Shown here: in pieces, positions 49,248 through 61,781 of the stretch | Numbering within the stretch: the stretch's first letter is position 1 | How the letters are laid out: each line of letters opens with the position of its first letter | Origin: Lytechinus pictus | Lineage: Eukaryota | Assembly: GCF_037042905.1 (NCBI RefSeq) | Contig: NC_087251.1 | Span: 20,956,001-21,020,000 of the forward strand | Direction of reading: 5' to 3' | Length of the DNA stretch: 64,000 nucleotides | Program-made: the position numbers and the translations under genes | Notes under the pieces: generated by a model | Told to the model about the DNA's origin: nothing | Database searches by the model: none | Seen by the model: only the letters and a program-made list of their open reading frames with translations

Positions 49248-51144
49248 CTGCTTATACCACAATGTACATTTCAACAACAAAATAATTCAGACAATTCTTG
49301 AACGTTAAAAAAATACACCCACTGATGCACAGTGATGTGGGCTGAGATGAACCGTTTTTACCTAGAAATACCAGCAAAGAATAAATCATAAAGAAGGAAA
49401 AGGCTGCGAATAATAAAAACTTCCACCCTAGGGTATACCACTGAAGCCTTAAAAGTACATGGTATTGCTCATTCCACCGTTGATGGTGTAGATGCAAGTC
49501 GTCAAATGGTAAACTGTATCCGTTAAAGAGCTTTTGATTTTTGACATTTTGGACAAGTTAACATAGTACATTGAACTTTATTTTGATAATTATATCGCTC
49601 GTTCATTAGGTGGGACCTACCAGCTGCATTACATTCTTTCTTTTTTAAGGGGAAAGGGGAAAGCTTATACTTTACACAACCATCTTAGAGCATGCGATCT
49701 TGAAACACATAGGAGTAATGTCGAGAATTTGTTTTCACATCTTATTTTGATATCATATGGACATTATACAGGGGGCATACGCACGGCAAAAGAAAGGCCC
49801 CTGAAAAATCATATTCGGTCTTATCACGGGAGTACAAAATGTCGCCTAGAAGGCAAAACCTACAATTCTAATGGAATTTCCACAGCGGGATGCTCCTATG
49901 ACTACATCTTTTTTTAATTTTGCTGCGACCTTGCTGAATGAATTCAACCCTGAATAGCAGACCAAGGACTACATAATACTTTTACATAAAGGCAATGATC
50001 CATGGTTATAAGCGATCAGCTAGTTAATTCTTATTTGCTTTTCGGAGGACACTCGGTATAAAGCGCATTTGGTGCGGCGGGGGTGACGGTATCCGACTCC
50101 GCAAATTAGATAAATAAGCAAGCTTCCCTGGAAGCTAAATGTCACGTTGCGTATTACATTTCGTGATGTCACCCAATCATTAGCTTTGGGCGTGACGTCA
50201 TAAGTGGTTGTGACATCATCGCAGTAATGTACTATACTTAATAACCGACCCCTGAACTCGGGCCCCAAACACTACTGACAAATTCCTCAAGTTACAAATT
50301 AGATGAAAATGGCCGCAACTGATTTGATAAACCCGAGATTGAGCGGAGCTGTAATGCTGTATTAATTTAGGCAAAATACAGAATATCTGAATATACAGCG
50401 TCTCTCTAGTCCATAATTGTCTCGAAAATTATTTTAAAAACTTCTTTCGTCCGGTATATCACAAGAAAGAATGCTACAAAATCATAACATCATAACATGT
50501 TATTGTGTTAAATCACACAAATTGATATAAATTCAAATGCATTCTTGTCAAACCAAATTTGACACTATTCTTCAAGCAGGCCTTTATATATCTCGTTTAT
50601 AACCTTTTGAAGAGTTATTTCAGGGTTTCTTTTGGGAACAAAATACATGAATGTAAACCAGGACCTATTTCTGTAAAAGTACACTTTCATTCTCTGTAAC
50701 CATGACGATAATAATGGATAATTTCATAGCTGTATTTGAATTCCAACAAGCGAAGGGAGATAACTCATGATAGGTGATTTCAAGTTTGGCATTGGCGGGT
50801 GATGTTGGCATTCAGTCGATCTTTACACCAGCCGGCACTGCACCAAGCTTGAAATCTAATTGGTGCTAGGTATGATGTCGCCACAGTGTTATATTATGAA
50901 TACACGCAGTGTGATAGGCATCACTTTTGTGTAAATACGTATTTGGTGTTAGAGCTAAAGTAGTGTGATTCATGCTCTCAACAACAACATCATCACTGAC
51001 AACGAACTTCACCAGTTTGATGATGTCACAGATCACTCAACATCATTCATTATTCCTCTATATGCATTTTGGCAAACCAATGAACCTTTTTCATGACTCT
51101 GAGTCACATCCGATTTATCTCGTCTAACCTCTAAGAACCTCCAG

Positions 51145-51270
51145 GTGCCTGTTTCACAAATTGTTTCAATTAAACGAAACCCCCTAAAAATCGAACTCAA
51201 CAAGATTTTCGACCAATGAAACTTGCGTTTTGCGTTTGATTAATTTTAGTTCCGCTTGTGCAACGGGACT
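51145..51270. mobile_element. Decayed Harbinger-like MITE
   Basis: GTGCCTGTTTCACAA / TTGTGCAACGGGACT ends, CAG on both sides. Confidence 0.55.
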
Positions 51271-54200
51271 CAGATCTTTCTTTCATTCATCCACCCTATC
51301 GTTGGTCCAGATCTAGAATAAGATACGGGACACGTTCTATTTTATGCTCATTGAGGTGAGCACAAGTCGAAATTCGGAAATCTTTTTGAATAAAAAGCAG
51401 CGCGTGAAGGTCCTTTCTTTTTTCATACAATTCTGAAATAAACAAATGTATCGCAATCTACTTTATCAATGCGAATTCGACTGCAAGATTGAGGACTTCT
51501 ACTGGAAATCACTCACTTTATATTGGGTAGACTAATTATTCAATAAAACGTCGCGTGATCTTTACCTAACTATAGATATCGGTATTTTCCATCACTTGAT
51601 CATCAATCATCATCCCAAATGAATAACATCAGAAAATTCATGGACTAGTAGGTCCATGGAAAGATCAAGACCGATATTATGATGATGGAAAAGGCGATAG
51701 AATCAAAGTTGGGAGTAAAGCTTTATTTCAATATCTCATCGTGAGAACGAGAGAGACAGGGGGGGGGGGGAGAGAAAAAGGAATTCCCACATGATGCATT
51801 TCACTCCCTCCGCCTATCATCCAGGCATCATTCTCAATTAGTCCAGTTTTTTAAGAAGTCCCTCTTCTTTATCGCTAATTGATCACCGACATCGCGCCTG
51901 CATCATTAGTTCCTTGAACAGAGGGTACTTAAAATAGAAGAAACTGGGCTTGTGTCAACAGTGGAACCATGTCAAACATGCAGATACAGACGGAGGGAAA
52001 GAGAAAAGTTAGAACTTAAATAGGAAGAATAGCCCTTGGGGACGGAGAGGACTGTGTGGATTCAGTCCCCAATCACAATTTCCAGCTGCAATTCAGGGCA
52101 AATCAGTGACAAAATAGAGGGGTTGAGGACGCTATAAGATTTGAGACAATGCATTATCCAATATGAATTGAGGCACGAACCTTAAGTAGTGTCAGTCGTT
52201 GTGTAATACCTAATATCTGCTTTCTAAACTCAAGGTATTCCGAAAGGTATCCTATAACATTTTGACTAAGGTATATCGTAACAGACAAAATGATCTTTGA
52301 ATAAAATTATGAATAAAAAAAACTCACTTCAAAGTTATGCAACGAATAAAAAAGGTCGTTTACAAAAGGCACTTACCCATAAAAAGTAATAGGTTGGATG
52401 TAAAATAAATCTATCAACTCTTGGTTAACAAAAAAATACACGTACAACCAATATTTTGTATTTTCAAGAGTCTGATTTATATACGTATTTAATTCACTTA
52501 TTAATGGGTTGCTCTTAAGAGTGACTTATGTGATAAATACATTAAAGTACATAGACTGAATGACATCATCTTAGCTTTACCAGGTGCAAAATACTTATAC
52601 TTGATTTTGCAAAAAATGTGTCAATTCAACCCTGTTATTTGGTTCTCATTTGCATTGGCAATCGAAATTTGGAGAGTGCTTCCAAGACTTGTCTAATTAG
52701 AATGGTACACTGAGTGTAATACGATATCAGTACACTGCCACGATATCTGTTTGAAATAATTATTTTAATATTTTAGGAATAAAGTGTGTTTGTCTACTTG
52801 AAGCAATGTGTGTTTGTTTATAAGGAAATCGTTTTATAGTAACTCTTGCCAAATTTTGTGACTATATTAAATTACAGTGCATCTCAGTCAATTAACGTGT
52901 CCAATTTCTCATTAGGTAATCATGGTAATAGTCCATTACCTGAGTTGAGTCATCGCACAGGTAACACTGGCATATCTTTATCACAAAAATAGGTCGACAA
53001 GAGACTTCACTTTGTGATGATTTATTAGAAAGCCCAAATAAAATGACCGAGGTAAGCAAAGGTAAGAAATAAAAACAAAAATAAGACAATGACACAAACA
53101 CAATGAACCGTATCACGATAAATATTTCGAACAATTATTTAAAGTTAATGAATTATACTTTTCTGGTGTTTTTTTTTTCAATTTAAGAAAAATATTTTAT
53201 AACAAATCCAAAAAAATAAAGAATTACGAAATAAAACTTTTTTTTCTTCAGGTATGAGGGTAGACTAAACTGTTGGTAAAATGCTGCGTGTTTCGCTTCG
53301 TTGCAAAATATCTAACACGGCTCGTCATAAAACGAGCAAACATTGTCGTTATCATATCTTTGAGGCCAATTTGACATTATAATGGTGAATTATCACAGAG
53401 TGGCCATCTTTATTACTTTGTTTCCGTCGTCTGGTTGTCTAAAAAACGTCCCTGTTTAGGGTTGTTTTTGTGCAATTGGTTTTAAATCAGTTGGGAGTGA
53501 GTATAGTCAAGCAGAACTTTCTCGTCTATATAGATTCGATGTAATGACGATGTAGCCGCTCGAAGAATATCGCTTATAAATCGCTCTTACAACCCATCTG
53601 GAAATAACGTCCCCCAATGGCACATACCACGATTATTGATAACAAACATTGCATCAACATGCGACTAACAATGACCACAACATGAGGGTATTGCCATAAA
53701 AGCGGAATTGGAAATGCTAAAAAACATCAAACCACATTTAACGCAGCATGCAATCATTGAACGGAATGATGACAGCGCGAAGGAATCAAGTCTAAGCCAA
53801 GAAAGCAGAAGAGTTTGAGTCTCCCCTCCCCCGTTACGTAAAGAATTGCCAATTTTCTAAAGCTGAGCTGACTTGGTATGCTAATTTTTAAGGGATAGGT
53901 GTAACGTATCTCCTATGATGCCAAAAAAATGCATTTTACCAAAGAATAAAATAGAATGTCAATATATCTGATTTTTCAACACCGGGTAATGTTAACGTAC
54001 CATGAATGTGCACGTTTTTCTGTGTTTAGTTATTAAACACTAGACATTTCCATAACCACATGATCGTTGATACCGAAGTAACCAAGTTATTAAGCGAAAA
54101 GGCAAATTTAAAATTTAAAGAAACATAGTTATGCAGTATAAAAAAAGAAGGCTTCAGAGACCCTTATATTTATTTACAGAACAATAATGATGTCATTTTA

Positions 54201-55316
54201 CAGAAAAGAAAGATGAATATTTTCAGTACTGGAGGTGAATATGGGAACTGATTATGCAACGATGACATGGTGCATGGTAAGAACAAATTACCCAACTTGG
54301 TGATATCTCAACAGTGCAATCTCAATATCACTTGATACTGCATTCCATTTCATTTGAAAAGAAAATCAATGTATTGAAATTGATATCAGTCCGAGGAAAT
54401 GTCCATTTCCAAAATAATGATGATTTTACATGCGGCTTTTACAATGATGTGTTTGCTTCATTTTCTCGCTTTCACAACTTAATATTCGACCAATCAGATG
54501 CATCGAATATATAAATCCAATGTTTAAATGGTGTTTCCATGGGAATAATTTTGCAATTTTATTCAAATTCTGCCCAAAACATTAACCAAAAATTGTATTT
54601 TGATGATAGACACTGTCCCTATGTGCCCAAAACTTTGGTGCGTCTCTCTGTATTCTATTTTAAACTTTGATGCCACCAAGCTCCCACTTTGATAAACAAT
54701 TTTTTGTAGCGAGATGGAATCTCTCTCATGTCATATAAACGCAAAATCACACTTTTTACTTTCCCCTGATTGTTTTGTATTTAGCTCAGTTTTGTCTTAC
54801 GCATCCTATCAAATTTAGCCCCTTTTTTGTATGTGCCTTGCATTCTAATTATACAACGTTTGCAAGGGATAACTAGAATGTAAGAATGGTAAGAAGCACT
54901 TTACTTTGGGTCAACCAGTCGCAATCATGGTGATCAATATGGTCAAACTAATTTCAGTGCAGCTTTCAAACTATGCATCTGAAAGTATTGAAAACTGCCT
55001 TGGTATAATGTAGGTATATAATTGCATCATGATTTATATTTAAAACAGTTGAATAGAGCAAGAGAGTGAGAGAGAGAAAGAGGGAGGGGATGGGGAAGAG
55101 GGGGGGGGGGGGGGGTAGTGGTGGAGAATGAGTCGAACGGACGAAATAGATTTGAGAATGTGCCCTGTGGAGAGGGTGCATGAGAGAAAGCAGAGATTTA
55201 CCTCAAAGAGGGAGTGCGATTTAAAAACAAAAAAACAAAAAGTGATTTTAAAAAGTGAAACCTAGGAAAAGAGAGTGAGAGGGAGAGACAGACAGACAGG
55301 GAGAAGGGGGGGGGGT

Positions 55317-57222
55317 GGAATAGGTCCTGTAGGGAGGATACATTAGAGAAAGAAGAGATGTAACTGAAAGAGGGAGAGAGATTAAAAATACATCGAAAAA
55401 GTACAGTGATTAATAAACTAACACGTAGTAAAGAAGAGAGAGAGAGAAAGAGGGGTAGGGGGGGGGGGGGAGGGGAGGAGAAAGTTTTGAATGTTCCCTG
55501 TAGAGAGAATACATTATAAAGAAAGAAGAGAAGTAACTGAAAGAGGGAGAGAGATTAAAAAATGCATCGAAAAAGTTCAGTGATTAATAAACTAACACGT
55601 AGTAAAGAAGAGAGAGAGAAAGAGGGGAGAGGCTTACAAAAAGCCTTTGATACTGTAAATCATAACATACTTTTAAAGAAATTAGAAGTGATGGGTTTAG
55701 ACTCTGCATGTATGGTTTAGATCATATTTCATCTAACCGTCATCAAGTAGGTACCATGCAGACGGTTCTTTCTGATTCACTGCCTATTAAATGCGGAGTC
55801 CCTCAAGGAAGCATTTTATGCCCCATTCTTTTTATGTCTTACATCAATGATATGTGTACTTGTATTAACGAATCTAAATTAATTTCATATTCTGATGATA
55901 GTGTCTTGCTATATTCAAATACAAATCCCAAGATAATTGATAAAAAACTTAGTGCAGATTTGGCAAATTGCATCGAATGGATGTCTGACAACAAGCTTAG
56001 TTTACACGTTGGGAAAACGGAAAGCATTTTATTTTGTTCGAAACGAAAGTTAAGATATACATACGATTCATATAATAATCAGGTAATTGACAGAAAATAT
56101 TCAGTAAAATATTTGGGAATTAATTTAACAAGTAACCTATCATGGACGGGTTTGGTAGACTCAATCGCCAAAAAGGCAAATTCACGCTTAAATTTTTTGT
56201 AAAGATATCAAACCTGTTTGAATATGAAGTCTAGACGTATTTTATGCTTTGCTTTAATACAATGTCTATTCGACTATGCTAATGCGGCTTGGTATACGGT
56301 AGTCTGGGTGTTACGGATAGGAAAAAGCTAAGAATAATTCAGAATAAAATTGTAAGATACATAAATGTTTTAGGACCAAGAGCACATGTCGGATGTAATG
56401 AACTTGAAAAGGCATGATTACTTCATGTAGATCACAGATCACAACTATTAATATTACACCACGTGCATAAAATATTCTATTCGGATACATTAGATCATTA
56501 TATAGCAAACAATTTCACCTGTGTATCAAATATCCATAGGTACGATACTCAAAATAGTAATTTTAATTTTGTATTACCAAAACGTGAAGGACATATAGGG
56601 AACACTTTTTATTTTAATGGCATCCAATCTTGGAATGCTCTTCCTAATCAAGTAAAAGCTGTTATTTTTTTCCCTCAATTTAAGAGTGCATTAAAGAAGC
56701 ACCTAAAACTGGAAGCTACTCGAGAACAGTATCAAGTAAAATCACACATTTTTGTACGGTTGGATTCTAGCATTGTAGTTAATGTAGGGTATGTTAAAAT
56801 ATGATCTTGTTTCATATATTAGGAAGATGATTGTTTGCTTCAGATGTTTGCAAATTATTTGACTGATGGATATGTATTTTTTTAAAAACAAATTCCAGTA
56901 CTTGTCGTAGTTTATACTTCTTGTTACAATATATTAACGTTTTATACTGATTATAAGACCCCATTGGAAATAAGGCTTTCGGCTTTCATGGGCTATCCTG
57001 TCAAGGTATTCTTCAATTTCATTGTAATCTCTTGTGATATTCTTGACGAATAAAATCAATCAATAAGGGGAGGAGAAAGTTTTGAATGTGCCCTGTAGAG
57101 AGGATACATTCGAGAAAGAAGAGATGTAACTGAAAGAGGGAGAGAGATTAAAAATACATCGAAAAAGTACAGTGATTAATAAAAAAAAAACGCGTAGTAA
57201 AGAAGAGAGAGAGAGAGTGGGG
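55317..57222. repeat. Purine-rich tandem repeat (~160-175 bp unit, 3 copies) interrupted by a LINE
   Basis: Unit CCTGTAG.GAGGATACATT...GTAACTGAAAGAGGGAGAGAGATTAAAAATACATCGAAAAAGTACAGTGATTAATAAA at ~55325, ~55497 and ~57091; a more degenerate piece at ~55155. Confidence 0.85.
55633..57064 (+). mobile_element. 5'-truncated, decayed non-LTR retrotransposon (L2/Crack/CR1 group) reverse transcriptase
   Basis: LQKAFDTVNHNILLKKL, GVPQGSILCP, YSDD, NKLSLHVGKT, KYLGI, WNALP with stops/frameshifts; 3'UTR stem-loop GACCCCATTGGAAATAAGGC..GCTTTCATGGG, AATAAA and (ATCA)n tail. Confidence 0.92.
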
Positions 57223-59382
57223 GATAAAGATACAAAGTAGCCGGGTATGTCAACACCTTAAGAGTACGAAAGATGTATAGGAATCACGCCTTGCATCTTG
57301 AAGATTGAGTTGGAGGATGAGGACAAGAGATTACGTTTCCGTTCTCTATCAAGTGCAAAGCGATAGTTTGAAAACAGTTAACTTCCTGTCTTTAAAGGGA
57401 GATAAGTCGAATTTTGATTTCCGTATATCGATTGACATTATCTTTGGTCGTTTCTGACAGTTAAAAACCATCATAGATTCCATTAAGGTAAATAAATGCA
57501 ATAAAATGTATAAATCGTCAGAATATCGAGATCTAACTGAACGTGACATATACTTATTTACATTTGTATTACTCCTATACACCACCTGTTTTTCCTGCAT
57601 GATGTCCAACAAGTGGAAGATGCTTTGAACAGAGCGACATTGGCCTGTCATAGAATACTAAATACAATACCCAGGCCATTCTCTTTGCTTTACAACCTAA
57701 ATATAGAATGCTTAGAAAGAAGCAACAACTATCAAAGTATAATCTTTTCCGGATTTGACACTATATTTTCCTCTTTATAGAATATTTTTTTATTAGAATT
57801 GAATTTCCGGCAGCTTGCGAAATACAAAAAAGAAAAACACCCTGCAATTATAAACATCTAAATTGGGGGGCGGGGATGTTCCGGTGCTTCATTGCTAACG
57901 TCATTTCACATCTGTCTTGAGTCTCAAAATCAATAGTTTTGAAATCGTAGAAATACTATTGTCTATGGTGGACACAGTGTCGTTGGTGTCTGGAAGATCA
58001 CTTAGGAGATAGAAAGCGACGCGCAGATGAACAGTCAACTTAAAAACAAGACATCCTTCCAAGGTCCTCATTTGCAAAGGAAATCACCTTTTTCAAATTA
58101 CCATTATAGAATATTTAACGATTTGATATCGATAACTCACCATCCCACTTCTCACACTTTCCAATGACAGGTAACAACAAAATGTTTGGAAAACGAAGCC
58201 ACATTGTTACCAAGAATATTGGGTATGGTCAAGGTTGATCTGATACCGTTTCATGAAGTTTGCCATCCACGAGATTTGCAAACGTGATTGTGAAATACTA
58301 TAATTTGATTGGCTGGATGACAACATGCTAGTGATGATAACTATCAACTATTATTACAACCATGTCTCATTGGCTATCGCCTGCCCAACCTATGACTTTC
58401 TTCAGTTCACTTACACTATGCAAACCACTGTATGGAAAGCAAAGGACAAGTAAAATTGGTTTGCGCATGCTCAGTCCTTATGAGATCAAAGACTGAGCAT
58501 GTGCAAATTGGTATTAAATCTGAGCTCCCACACTCTGGTGTTTTTGGAAGTTTCATGTAGAATGATGGTGCGCCTTGTCCAACTATCCCTTAGACATGAA
58601 AGATACTTCATGTCCTATAAATCAAACGAAACAGGAAAACCCTTTGACATGTTTGAGGACAGAAAGTAGAGCTGTTTTGAGGTAAATAACAGATTTAAGA
58701 CTTACTTCGTCAACTTTTCGGATAAAGGAAAACAAAGCGACAAAGTCGGTAACAAAAGTTCTTTTGGAAAAGTATCGATGTTAGTCTAGATTATACCAAC
58801 TATGATTGAAATGTGTTCGATATACACTTTTCTTTTCAGATCTTCAGAAGATCACAGGATTTGAAAAAGCTGGAAAATAATACGAATGGAATTCGGTGTT
58901 GGGTACATCACTTAAAGTAACAAATTGCAATAGGCCAATTGTACTTAAGTTATCAAAATCCCACAATTAACATTAATCGCATTCGTCGTTTGTTTGAAAA
59001 AGCCGTAAATACGTTTTTCATCTCTTCAACTATTTTGGTGGTCAAGCAATTCTTCTAATCGCTCTTACTTTCAAGGTGCTGTTACGAAAGTTTTAACCCC
59101 TTTGCAGCATCCCATGAGTAAAGTGGATGGTTTATCAAATCTTAAGGCCCATCGATGGCTTACCATAAACAAGAGTCCTCATGAGGTTTATCGAACACTC
59201 ATCTTCCATCTCACACCTTTCAAAGACGCAGTTCCATCTGATTGATGGAGCTTTAGAACATTAACAAAGCAGGGCATTGGATTTAGATTCTCTTAAATCG
59301 GCCAAGGCTAAGATCCGCCTCGAGTGTGATACGCTTCACGGTCTCTATGCAACCATCCAGGTGCTTCTCAAACTCTGTTCTA

Positions 59383-59513
59383 GGCCCTGCAATATGAAGC
59401 TTAGCAATTGATCGTATGGCTGATTTATACGATTGATCATAAACGAATAGCCAATGGATTCAATTGTAGAAATTATTCTCACGATCAATCGCTAAGCTTT
59501 ATGTAAAGGGACC
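59383..59513. mobile_element. Diverged family B MITE, inverted orientation
   Basis: GGCCC...AAGCTTAGCAATTGATCGT...ACGATCAATCGCTAAGCTTTATGTAAAGGGACC. Confidence 0.7.
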
Positions 59514-60677
59514 AAATGATAGTTTTTTTCTCATCGAATGCGCCACCATGACTGATTTCCGGGAAGCGCGAAGAAAACGTCTGTAATAGGTTGCAAGACC
59601 CTGTCACCGGATAATACAGTCAGGGTCTGAGAAAAAGCAATAAGGTGTAAAAATCGTACGTGTTGCTTAGCAAGGGGCAATATACAATTATACGGCCAAT
59701 CTAGATCATTTTAATGTCAGTTTAGCCAATGACTAAAAAGTTAATGAAGGGTTTAAATATCTTACTTTCTCATATCAAAATCACTAACTTTCATGTTGAT
59801 TCTGTATAATTTTTGTCCTTTACACCATATCTCCGCCAAGGAAAATGAGGAAAAACTTAAGAATTGGTTTATTATTGTGACTTACCATTCTACATTTCTA
59901 TATAAAAAAAAAGTAGACTATAATGAAACTGTCCAATATCTTTCAAGACAGGCAATCACTTGAATCATGAATAAAATATCTCATTGGTATGAACAATTTA
60001 ATGCTTTAAGGGAATAAATAGGTGATTAATCTTTTAATCTATTCATGAAACAAAATAAACCAACCAAATTGAATAAACGACCAGAAAACTTTAAAACATA
60101 ACTGAATAGAAATATACAACATGCATGATATTACATTAAGCAAGCGAATTGATTGACTTAAGCATACGGAGGTTATTTACAAAATATGTTAATTTTTGAA
60201 AATTTGATAAACATTGCTGGTTTTGTTTGAATATTTATTGATTTCCTGTAACCGAGTTTATCTCAGGCTTCTTTAAAATCACACCACGCTGTCATGGTTA
60301 CAGATAATGGCATTTTAATTCTCGTTGATTAAAGCCAGTGTCAATAATTGAGTAAGGACGTGTCAATCAAATAGTCATCCCAATATATAATAAAACAGGT
60401 ATAGAAGGGCGTTGTTAAAGTTTAAGGTAAATCTCAATTATGCGTACGCGTCACTGTATGTATTGAGATTACCATCATTGGCGCTGTTTGCTATGAATCT
60501 ATTACTAGTAAGGCTTGTTTAATCAAAAGTAATGATTGCAAAGCTAGCAAATCTTCGTAAGAATCAATCAGAAACGTGCCATTTCCTTCACAGAGATGAT
60601 ACTTTTGTCAGTGATATAGTGTACAGGTAAACATTCAATCACACATTGACATTATGTTTATTAATCCACCCTCATTC

Positions 60678-60702
60678 TGTGTGTGTGTGTGTGTGTGTGT
60701 GT
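60678..60702. repeat. (TG)n microsatellite
   Basis: Direct read. Confidence 0.9.
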
Positions 60703-61643
60703 CACGCATGCACCCACACATGCACCCTTGCACACATTCTCACAAAAACATCACTTAATATGTTGATTAAATGGTAGCTCGAGCAAAATCTGGTGTAATG
60801 ATAGTTGCGCATTATATCTTCAAGCAAAAAAATAAAGCGCCAAGTACTAATATCATTAATGATATCATCATTAACCAACAAACTTATACCCAAACACACT
60901 GTCGCAAGTGGATCTTTCACCTTTCCACACATTTAGTCTAAATACCTCCGTTCTGATGCACTCTGAAACGACCACTTATTTCACTTTTCTCCCTTTCTGT
61001 CTATATTTTAACTCTTCTATTCATCCCTCTTTCCGTCTTTCTTTCTCTTTCTCTCTTTTTCTCTGTCAACTTCTCTAAACTCGTCAAATCAAGTGCCCAT
61101 GGCATCATGCTCTCACAGAGAATGATACCGATGTAATCATCATTCCGATAATGAATGGATCTTCGAAATCGTGGTTCCGATTCAAGGGGAACTGCGGCAC
61201 GCATCTGTCATTTCCTCTCCTCACTTGAGGCTTTTCTTTATTTTCATTTGCATAAATTGTACTGTCTGATTTATCGGCTTCCGAAATCACGAAAATGCAA
61301 CCCGAAATTATGCAATTCCCAACCTTTTCTTTCATCCAAATTTCATTTCCTGTTAGCTGTGCATGTCTTGTTGGTCAACCTTCGTTCAATGACCTGAGGG
61401 AGATGAGCGCTCTGGAAGCAGAGGACAGCACCTTCGTCTTGCAAAGAAGTTGCCCAAAGCAGAACTGATCATCAATGTTTGGCGTCATATTTTATTATGA
61501 TTTGATATTTGCTTTCATCCAATATCGATTTTGCATTATGTAACTATTTGCATTGAGTCTGGGACAATCACGTTTTTTGACATTTGGAATCGATTCTTGA
61601 CAAGTATATCCAATTTTACACTCCGTGTGTAATGTAACATCTG

Positions 61644-61781
61644 GGGGCCCGTTTCATAAAAAGTTACAATTTTTGGTAAATTAGTCATTTCATCATTAAA
61701 AAAAACATTAAAATTGATTTCTAATGCATTTATAATAATGGCAAGTTACCATAGTTCCGTAAGCCTTTCTGAAATGGGCCC
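61644..61781. mobile_element. Decayed Harbinger-like MITE
   Basis: GGGCCCGTTTCATAAA / TTTCTGAAATGGGCCC ends. Confidence 0.65.

Noticed and set aside
53500-61450. Upstream non-coding exons of the GPCR
   Set aside because: An acceptor before the ATG implies they exist, but candidate donors (e.g. near 58705, 59885) cannot be distinguished from background without transcript data.
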